DNA of 33,709 nt, taken from contig CAYGIK010000003.1 in the NCBI GenBank assembly GCA_964350005.1, positions 1-33,709 on the forward strand, written 5' to 3'. The position numbers and the translations under genes were made by a program. Positions 1 through 6,427 of the stretch are shown here, piece after piece. Position 1 is the first letter of the stretch. Every line of letters starts with the position of its first letter. The notes beneath the pieces are model-generated. The model was not told where the DNA came from. It saw only the letters and a program-made list of their open reading frames with translations, and ran no database searches. This DNA is from an uncultured Candidatus Saccharibacteria bacterium. Lineage in GTDB: Bacteria > Patescibacteriota > Kazan-3B-28.

Positions 1-69
1 TTATTGGGGGTTTTGCTCAAAGAAAGTTCGAACATCAATCAAAAAACACCGCCAAAATTGAAAATAAGC

Positions 70-98
70 TTGACCAATCCGTCAGAACCTCCTATACT
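70..98 (+). promoter_or_regulatory. sigma70-type promoter candidate for rpsF-ssb-rpsR (TTGACC - 17 nt - TATACT)
   Basis: TTGACC at 70-75, 17-nt spacer, TATACT at 93-98. This implies a ~145-nt leader before the rpsF ATG. Confidence 0.55.
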
Positions 99-251
99 CC
101 CTTTGTATTCGTATATATCTCTTAACCCTTCTCTCCCAGCTGGTGCTTCCAGCGGGGAAACCCATAGATAAGGCCTCTTCCCTATATCCGCATTTTTAAT
201 TTTTCATTCTCCACCCTTCATTTTTCATTATTAATTATTAATTCTTATCCC

Positions 252-794
252 ATGGCTACAACTGAAGAAATCACCTTTAGCAATTACGAGGTCGCTCTCC
301 TCATCTCTCCAGAGACACAGGAGATGGATATCCAAAAGACAATCGCTAAACTGCAGAATCAGATTGCCCAAAAAGGCGGTCGCATCTTTTCCACCGATAT
401 GTGGGGCAAACAGCGCCTCGCCTACCCTATTGGCAAGTTCGAGTTTGGCTTTTACGCCGCGCTTGTCTTTTCATACCCAACCGTGGGGTTTGCCGAACTG
501 ACTCACGACATCAAACTGATGCCGGAAATAATTCGCCACCTCGCTCTTTCTTTGGAAAAGGAAGGTATCACTCCAGAAACAATGAAACGCGTTGATCCAT
601 TCAAAGAAGCTCCTCTAAGCGAGCGTACTCCTTCTCGCCCAACCACTTCCACCGAAAGACGGACGCCAGCTCCTCGCACACGCACTAAATCGACAACTCC
701 AGTCGCAGAAACACCCAAGCCATCCGAAAAGGACGAAGCCACTCGAATGAAAGAATTGGAAGAGAAGCTTAGTAAACTATTAGAGGAGGAGTAA
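252..794 (+). CDS. rpsF: 30S ribosomal protein S6 with a long Pro/Thr/Ser/Lys/Glu-rich C-terminal tail
   Basis: N-terminal ~100 aa match the S6 pattern (YEVALLISP..., GGRIFSTDMWGKQRLAYPI). Sits in the rpsF-ssb-rpsR order. ATG start at 252. Confidence 0.93.
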   Translation: MATTEEITFSNYEVALLISPETQEMDIQKTIAKLQNQIAQKGGRIFSTDMWGKQRLAYPIGKFEFGFYAALVFSYPTVGFAELTHDIKLMPEIIRHLALSLEKEGITPETMKRVDPFKEAPLSERTPSRPTTSTERRTPAPRTRTKSTTPVAETPKPSEKDEATRMKELEEKLSKLLEEE

Positions 795-799
795 AAGAC

Positions 800-881
800 A
801 AGTAATCTAGTTACCTAGTGACCTAGTAAATAAAAATTGTTTCACTAATCAACTAATATACTAGTCAACTAATCAACTAAC
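800..881. repeat. two tandem octamer arrays filling the rpsF-ssb spacer
   Basis: 800-831: AAGTAATC TAGTTACC TAGTGACC TAGTAAAT. 842-881: TCACTAAT CAACTAAT ATACTAGT CAACTAAT CAACTAAC, ending 2 nt before the ssb ATG. Confidence 0.8.
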
Positions 882-883
882 TT

Positions 884-1336
884 ATGCGTGACCTAAACAA
901 AGTAATGCTCATTGGGAACCTGACCCGCGACCCAGAAGTTCGCACCATCCCAAGCGGACAAACTGTCGCTTCATTCGCTGTCGCCACAAACCGTTCTTGG
1001 AATGATGCCCAAGGCAATCGCCAAGACGCTGTCGAATATATGGATATTGTGGCTTGGGGCAAACTCGCTGAAATTGTTGGCCAAATCTACCGCAAAGGCC
1101 GTCGGACATATGTTGAAGGTCGCTTCCAAACTCGCAGTTGGGAACAAGATGGTATTAAGCGCTATAAAACCGAAGTAATTGCCTCTGACCTAATTTTGCT
1201 TGACCGCGCTCCTGCCAGTGAAGTCGCACCGCTTCAAAACAGCGCTTCCGAAAAAACTGAACAACCCGCCGCTGTTGCCTCCGATCCTTTGAGCACCGCC
1301 AGCGATGAAATCAATATCGAAGATATCCCCTTTTAG
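884..1336 (+). CDS. ssb: single-stranded DNA-binding protein
   Basis: OB-fold SSB signature (NKVMLIGNLTRDPEVR, VATNRSW, DIVAWGKLAE, YVEGRFQTRSWE) and the acidic C-terminal tip ending DIPF. Confidence 0.95.
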   Translation: MRDLNKVMLIGNLTRDPEVRTIPSGQTVASFAVATNRSWNDAQGNRQDAVEYMDIVAWGKLAEIVGQIYRKGRRTYVEGRFQTRSWEQDGIKRYKTEVIASDLILLDRAPASEVAPLQNSASEKTEQPAAVASDPLSTASDEINIEDIPF

Positions 1337-1425
1337 ACCAATACCAAATATCAAATAAAAAATCAGCAAATAAAATACCAATAACGATACTCCTACATTT
1401 TTCATTTTATATTTTATATTTTCTA
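1337..1425. repeat. A-rich ~8-nt periodic words followed by ATTTTAT heptamers in the ssb-rpsR spacer
   Basis: ACCAATAC CAAATATC AAATAAAA AATCAGCA AATAAAAT ACCAATAA starting at 1337, then ATTTTAT ATTTTAT ATTTTCT near 1405-1425. Confidence 0.6.
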
Positions 1426-1432
1426 TTAACTT

Positions 1433-1693
1433 ATGGCATTCTCAAAAAAATCTACTACCAGCGTCAGTCGTCGTCGAGTCACCACACTGACTCCACGAAA
1501 CTACAATGTAGGAAGTGACGAGCTAAATTACATCGATTATAAAAATATCCGACTTCTGCGTCGATACATCACCCGCTATGTCAAAATCGAACCCCGCCGT
1601 CGCTCTGGCCTTACTGCCAAACAACAGCGTGATATGGCCCAAGCCATCAAGCGCGCCCGCTACATGGCATTGCTTCCCTACGCCCTGCATTAA
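1433..1693 (+). CDS. rpsR: 30S ribosomal protein S18
   Basis: S18 core [14 protein letters not shown]...[33 protein letters not shown]. Position directly after ssb. Confidence 0.93.
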   Translation: MAFSKKSTTSVSRRRVTTLTPRNYNVGSDELNYIDYKNIRLLRRYITRYVKIEPRRRSGLTAKQQRDMAQAIKRARYMALLPYALH

Positions 1694-1770
1694 ACAAACG
1701 GGTAACGAGTTATGAGTCGCCATCCTATGCTAAAGCTATGGAATGGTCTGCGACGAGTAATGAGCGAAAG

Positions 1771-1805
1771 ATAGTTTGTAGCAAGTAGTTGGTAGTGAGT
1801 AGAGA
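1771..1805. repeat. five tandem heptamers (A/G)TAGNNN upstream of efp
   Basis: ATAGTTT GTAGCAA GTAGTTG GTAGTGA GTAGAGA. Confidence 0.7.
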
Positions 1806-1854
1806 ATGTCGCCGTAGGCGACTACTAACATTCTTCATTTTTCATTTTCTTCCT

Positions 1855-2415
1855 ATGCTCTCCCTAAACGACCTCAAAACCGGTGTAAACATCGAGCTCG
1901 AAGGAGCTCCTTATGAAGTAGTCAAATACCAGCATTCCAAAATGGGACGCGGAGGAGCTGTACTCCGAACTACTCTAAAGAACTTGCTAACCGGAAATAA
2001 TATCGAACGAACTTTTCACGGCGATGAAAAATTCAACCCCGTGAATCTCGAACGCCGCAAAGCCCAATTCCTCTACCGACAAGATACCGACTTTGTGTTT
2101 ATGGACAGCACAACTTTTGACCAATTCAATATCGGAGGACCTATCATCGGTTTTGCCAGCAGTTTTATTAAAGACGGTCAAGAAGTTGATTTGGTTTTTT
2201 ACAACGGTTCGCCTATCAATATCAATCTGCCCGCAAAAATGCCTTTCAAAGTGATTGAAGCTGAACCGGCAGTTCGTGGCGACACCGCTACCAACCCGCA
2301 AAAAAATATCACAATCGAAACCGGCATGAACCTCCGCGCTCCAATGTTTATCAACGCCGGTGATACAATTCTGGTAGATACCAGAGATGGAAGCTACCTT
2401 GAAAGGGCAAAATAG
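1855..2415 (+). CDS. efp: elongation factor P (Arg at the loop-tip modification position)
   Basis: MLSLNDLKTGVNIELEGAPYEVVKYQHSKMGRGGAVLRTTLKNLLTG is a typical EF-P N-terminus. I prefer the ATG at 1855 over the ORF-track TTG at 1789, because the extra 22 aa are a low-complexity read-through of the spacer. Confidence 0.9.
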   Translation: MLSLNDLKTGVNIELEGAPYEVVKYQHSKMGRGGAVLRTTLKNLLTGNNIERTFHGDEKFNPVNLERRKAQFLYRQDTDFVFMDSTTFDQFNIGGPIIGFASSFIKDGQEVDLVFYNGSPININLPAKMPFKVIEAEPAVRGDTATNPQKNITIETGMNLRAPMFINAGDTILVDTRDGSYLERAK

Positions 2416-2422
2416 CTTCCAT

Positions 2423-2501
2423 CAAATAACCAATAACCAAATCACAACATCCAAAAAAATCGCATCTTTCCTTTTGGTCATTGGTTATTGGTAATTGGTT
2501 A
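2423..2501. repeat. inverted pair of heptad arrays in the efp-ychF spacer
   Basis: 2423-2458: CAAATAAC CAATAAC CAAATCA CAACATC CAAAAAA. 2474-2501: TTGGTCA TTGGTTA TTGGTAA TTGGTTA. TTGGTTA is the reverse complement of TAACCAA, so the two blocks can pair. Confidence 0.7.
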
Positions 2502-2511
2502 TTAACTCTCT

Positions 2512-3606
2512 ATGTCTCTTAAACTCGGCATCGTTGGTCTTCCCAACGTCGGCAAATCTACACTTTTCAATGCTCTGCTTGGCGCAAACCAAGCGGCCGC
2601 TTCTAATTTCCCATTCTGTACGATTGAACCGAACACCGGCATTGTTCCCGTTCCTGACGCTCGTCTTGCCAAACTCGCCGAGCTCGAACACTCCGCCCAA
2701 ATCGTTCCCGCAACCGTTGAATTCGTCGATATCGCAGGACTTGTGCGAGGCGCCAGCCAAGGTGAAGGTTTGGGCAATCAATTCCTTTCCCATGTCAGAG
2801 AAACAGACGCCATTGTCGAAGTTGTTCGACTTTTCGCCGATAGCAATGTCACTCATGTCAGTGGCGGGATTAATCCAAAAGACGATATTGAAATAATCAA
2901 CACCGAGCTAATTTTGGCCGACTTACAGAATATTGAAAAACGCCTCCCCAAAGAAGAGAAGGCCGCCCGCGGTGATGCCAAACTCCAACCCAAGGTTGAT
3001 TTCTTCCTGAAAGTACAAAAACATTTGGGCGATGGCTTTTCAGCTCGCTCACTAACACTTACTGGAGATGAACCAACTTGGCTCAAAGAACTTCAGCTTA
3101 TTTCCGCCAAACCAATTCTTTATGTCGCCAACATTGATGGAGCTCAAATCAAAGATGCTGACACTCTCCTCGCCCCCCTTCGCGAACTTGCGCTGAAAGA
3201 CAATGCCGAAATTATCGCCATTGATGCCAAGACCGAAGCCGAAGTGACCGAACTAAGCATTGATGAACGCACCGACTATCTTCGCGAAGCTGGCATCACA
3301 GAATCGGGGTTAGACAAAGTAATCCGAGCTGGCTACAAACTTCTCGGCCTCATCACCTTCCTAACCGCTGGTGAGAAAGAAACCCGCGGTTGGACAATTC
3401 ACAATGGCGACACTGCCCCAATTGCCGCCGGAGCAATTCACACCGATTTCACCAAAGGATTCATCCGCGCGGAAACTGTCGCATATGATGACTTCGTAAA
3501 TAACAGTGGCTGGACTGGCGCCAAACAGGCAGGCAAAGTTAGAAGCGAAGGGAAAGAATACATCGTCAAAGATGGCGATGTCCTCCTCTTCCGCTTCAAT
3601 GTATAG
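2512..3606 (+). CDS. ychF: redox-regulated ribosome-binding ATPase YchF
   Basis: P-loop GIVGLPNVGKSTLFNALL, FCTIEPN, VEFVDIAGLVRGAS and the C-terminal TGS-like end (GKEYIVKDGDVLLFRFNV). 364 aa is a typical length. Confidence 0.93.
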   Translation: MSLKLGIVGLPNVGKSTLFNALLGANQAAASNFPFCTIEPNTGIVPVPDARLAKLAELEHSAQIVPATVEFVDIAGLVRGASQGEGLGNQFLSHVRETDAIVEVVRLFADSNVTHVSGGINPKDDIEIINTELILADLQNIEKRLPKEEKAARGDAKLQPKVDFFLKVQKHLGDGFSARSLTLTGDEPTWLKELQLISAKPILYVANIDGAQIKDADTLLAPLRELALKDNAEIIAIDAKTEAEVTELSIDERTDYLREAGITESGLDKVIRAGYKLLGLITFLTAGEKETRGWTIHNGDTAPIAAGAIHTDFTKGFIRAETVAYDDFVNNSGWTGAKQAGKVRSEGKEYIVKDGDVLLFRFNV

Positions 3607-3675
3607 CATCTTTCATCGGAGGTACTGTTTTTGATTCCATCTTCTATAAAAATTTATAAAGCTGAAGATTTTTCG

Positions 3676-5013
3676 TTATCTACACCACAAATTCTTAAAT
3701 CCACTCAATAACTGATTAAATAAGTCTCCGATACTTCGCAATAATTGTTCAGTTCGATCATAAAATTCCGTTGGGCTTTCTGGCAGACTCAAACTCGGCC
3801 AGCTAAAACTAGGCTGGCTGATTACCGGTTTACTGACAGTAGGAATTGACGGCTTAGCCGTAACAACAATTTCCCATGATACTGTTGCGTCCATCCACTG
3901 AATATATTCTGCGACTGGCGAGAAATATTCAACATAATTACCCGCTTTACTCGGAGCCTTCACTTTAAAAGTAAATCTGCCCGTTTCTCCGGGTTCGATA
4001 ATTTGCCGTCCCTTCAACCCCACTTTCTGGACATTTGCCGGACGGTTAAGCAATACCCAGCTACTTCGCCAAAACACACTTCGTCTGTCCCGTTTTTGAG
4101 CAGTCCCCAGCCGAGTAGTGTTGCGAGTATAAGTCAGCCACGACTCGGTTCCTGTATTTACAAAATCCGTCCAAACCTCCGCAGTTTGACCAGCAACCAA
4201 CTCAATCCTGTGACTAGATTGATTCAATAAAATCGCATTATAATACATCCCCTTCACTTCAATCTGTTTATTCCAAGTCGCCAATGTGCCGTTACTGTTG
4301 TAAACCGCTAAAACATACTTGCCAGGTTTGAAACCTTTTGGCACTTTTAATCGAATATGAGAAGTATTACCACTCCACAACATTCGTAAATCCGAAGTTC
4401 CTAATTTAAAGATTGTGTTGTACTCAAAGTTCGTTCCCGTCACATCCAGAATCACATCAGTCGTATTTATAAACGAATTCGGATGTACATTGCCTATAAA
4501 AGGTGAACGCACCGTCACCCCGCCACCTCCACCTGAAGTCGGAGGAGTTATGGGAGGTGGAACAACTGCTTCAGTAATTGCAAAAACTCCATTACTCACA
4601 TCCGTAATTAATGGATTGGTTGTGTCGCTAATTTTAATAATCGCAGTAGTAGTTGCCGAACCAGTCACTGTCCATGAATGACTCCCATCACTCGCTGTCA
4701 CCGTTTCAGCAATCGTTTCCCAAGTCCCACCTGTAGTCCGCTGGAGTTCTATCTTTACATCAGTTATACCTGCCCCCACTAACCACTCAATTGTCTGACT
4801 AGTCCCAATCTGCCAACTTTCTCCACCATTAGGAGAATTCACCTGAATAGTACCCGCAGCTGGCAAAATGCTCAGTGTCATTAAAACTTCACTAGTAGTT
4901 CCTGCTCGCGTCAATGCAACACCCGTCGCCACTATTAGAATCGCCAAAACGGCACACAGCTCTCGCTCCAGCCATTGAAACAATTTATGCTTATTGAAGC
5001 TGATTTTATTCAA
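3676..5013 (-). CDS. membrane-anchored/secreted multidomain surface protein: Kre9/KNH-like Ser/Thr-rich Ig domain, Pro/Gly linker, IPT/TIG-like domain, NBR1-like Ig module
   Basis: N-terminal hydrophobic anchor. SPNGGESWQIGTSQTIEW...SHSWTV motif. PPPITPPTSGGGGG linker. C-terminal module (TAEVWTDFVNTGTESW...SSWVLLNRP...GETGRFTFKVKAP) is paralogous to the repeats in the 770-aa SpoIID protein. TTG start. Confidence 0.6.
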   Translation of the reverse strand: MNKISFNKHKLFQWLERELCAVLAILIVATGVALTRAGTTSEVLMTLSILPAAGTIQVNSPNGGESWQIGTSQTIEWLVGAGITDVKIELQRTTGGTWETIAETVTASDGSHSWTVTGSATTTAIIKISDTTNPLITDVSNGVFAITEAVVPPPITPPTSGGGGGVTVRSPFIGNVHPNSFINTTDVILDVTGTNFEYNTIFKLGTSDLRMLWSGNTSHIRLKVPKGFKPGKYVLAVYNSNGTLATWNKQIEVKGMYYNAILLNQSSHRIELVAGQTAEVWTDFVNTGTESWLTYTRNTTRLGTAQKRDRRSVFWRSSWVLLNRPANVQKVGLKGRQIIEPGETGRFTFKVKAPSKAGNYVEYFSPVAEYIQWMDATVSWEIVVTAKPSIPTVSKPVISQPSFSWPSLSLPESPTEFYDRTEQLLRSIGDLFNQLLSGFKNLWCR

Positions 5014-5040
5014 GCCGTTTTTATTTTAGTTTTATTGTTC

Positions 5041-5069
5041 ATTATACCACAAAACCCAACTCCCGTCAA
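5041..5069 (-). promoter_or_regulatory. strong sigma70-type promoter for the 445-aa surface protein (TTGACG - 17 nt - TGG TATAAT)
   Basis: Minus strand reads TTGACG (5069->5064), 17-nt spacer, extended -10 TGGTATAAT (-10 at 5046->5041), about 28 nt before the start at 5013. Confidence 0.6.
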
Positions 5070-5127
5070 GTTGCCTCACTTTTATTCCCCGCCATAGGAG
5101 GATATCTCCTTTTACAATCCCATCGAG

Positions 5128-5266
5128 CAAATTCATATTTCCAATAGCAAAATTGACCGGTATGGATAGCGTTGTTTGACCCATCCCCAGTTGGAACAAC
5201 TGGAGATGGGGAGTATAGCGTATAGTCCAGAAAGGTCATATTTTGCTCTATTGGAAAATGAATTTG
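5128..5266. ncRNA. candidate structured RNA (6S-like architecture) or MITE-like palindromic element
   Basis: About 30-bp closing helix 5128-5158 / 5234-5266 with three small bulges. Two-sided internal loop 5159-5179 (21 nt) / 5211-5233 (23 nt). 14-bp terminal hairpin 5180-5193 / 5197-5210. Strand not determinable. Confidence 0.3.
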
Positions 5267-5287
5267 TGAGTGGGGTGTCTTTTTTGA

Positions 5288-5315
5288 GGCACTTTTTGGA
5301 CAAGCAAAAAGTGCC
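5288..5315. other. perfect 10-bp hairpin GGCACTTTTT-N8-AAAAAGTGCC
   Basis: Seen directly in the sequence. There is no U-tract after it on either strand, so I do not call it an intrinsic terminator. Confidence 0.5.
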
Positions 5316-5414
5316 GCTGGATTGAACGCCAGCCTGCGTTCACTTCCGCCGACGGAGTCGGCATAGAAAATAATTTAGATCCTTCGACTACGCTCAGGAT
5401 GACAAAAAGAAAGA

Positions 5415-6386
5415 CTAGATTACCCTACGGCGTTCTTGATATTTATCCTTAGGCATAGTAAATATCATTTTGCCAGCCACCGTCTGAAAAACCCGAGTCA
5501 CTACCACCTCTGCTTCCTGTCCAATATACTTATCTCCCCCTTCAACTACTACCATTGTTCCATCATCTAAATAACCTACGCCCTGCCCGACATCCTTACC
5601 TGACTGGATTACCTTTAGTTTCATCACCTCCCCCGGCAACACAACAGGCCGAAGCGCATTATTCAACTCATTAATATTCAAAACTATCAAATTCTGAATC
5701 CGCGCCACCCGATTAAGATTGTAATCTACCGTCATCAACCGAGCATGATACTTCTTGCTTAACCGAATAATCTTCGAATCTACATCCGGTTCACTAATGA
5801 AGTCATCATCCACCACCTCCAACCGAACATTCCGTTCATGCCGCAACTCATCCAAAACCTCCAACCCTCGTCGTCCTTTGTTGCGCCTCAATGCCTCTTC
5901 AGAATCCGCCACCAACTGCAGTTCATCTAAAACAAACCTCGGCAAAATAAGCCGACCCGAAAGAAATCCCGTTTTCACCAAATCAGCAATTCTCCCATCA
6001 ATAATTACACTAGTGTCCAATACAATACCACCCTCCGCCAAACTCCCCGGAGCATCCCTCCGCATTTTTTTAGTTTCCTTCACCAGTGTATTCATCAGAG
6101 AAAAGAACTGATTGAGCGATTCCCCAATTTTATCTCGCTGGTTATAAAAGAAAGTTGTCGTAATCGCCACCGAAAAAATATTTACCAAAAGAGGTAACCA
6201 CACCCCCCACATCCCGCCTATCTTAGAAAGGGGCAATGAAATTAGCGTCCCGACGGAAAGCCCCACAATAACCCCCAAAAGAGTCATTACAAATACCGAT
6301 GAAGGAATCATCGTAATCTTCTTCGCTATTACCACATAAACCACGAGGAATAGCAGTAGCGCACCAATAAGAATCTGCCAAATCAT
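5415..6386 (-). CDS. PIN/TRAM-domain integral membrane protein (YacL-like)
   Basis: Four N-terminal TM helices, a PIN-like core (IVLDTSVIIDGRIADL...LILPRFVLDELQLVADS) and a C-terminal TRAM-like barrel (GEVMKLKVIQSGKDVGQGVGYLDDGTMVVVEGG). The location after clpC mirrors the Bacillus clpC...yacL neighbourhood. Confidence 0.75.
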   Translation of the reverse strand: MIWQILIGALLLFLVVYVVIAKKITMIPSSVFVMTLLGVIVGLSVGTLISLPLSKIGGMWGVWLPLLVNIFSVAITTTFFYNQRDKIGESLNQFFSLMNTLVKETKKMRRDAPGSLAEGGIVLDTSVIIDGRIADLVKTGFLSGRLILPRFVLDELQLVADSEEALRRNKGRRGLEVLDELRHERNVRLEVVDDDFISEPDVDSKIIRLSKKYHARLMTVDYNLNRVARIQNLIVLNINELNNALRPVVLPGEVMKLKVIQSGKDVGQGVGYLDDGTMVVVEGGDKYIGQEAEVVVTRVFQTVAGKMIFTMPKDKYQERRRVI

Positions 6387-6427
6387 AATCTAATTGTGAG
6401 ATAAATCCCTATAAAACCAGATGAATA

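Noticed and set aside
1789-1854. TTG-initiated 22-aa N-terminal extension of efp in the ORF track.
   Set aside because: The extension (VVSRECRRRRLLTFFIFHFLP) reads through spacer repeats and the CATTTTTCATT motif. The ATG at 1855 gives the canonical EF-P N-terminus.
800-2501. Possibility that the short tandem arrays form a CRISPR array.
   Set aside because: The units are 7-8 nt, directly abutting and degenerate, with no 25-40-nt repeat/spacer alternation and no cas genes.
2495-2896. 133-aa plus-strand ORF and 123-aa and 91-aa minus-strand ORFs overlapping the 5' part of ychF.
   Set aside because: The ychF frame carries an unambiguous P-loop GTPase/ATPase signature, while the alternatives are low-complexity.
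5288-5315. Intrinsic terminator for the yacL-like gene.
   Set aside because: It is a perfect 10-bp stem, but neither strand has a U-tract following it, and the T and A runs are inside the stem.
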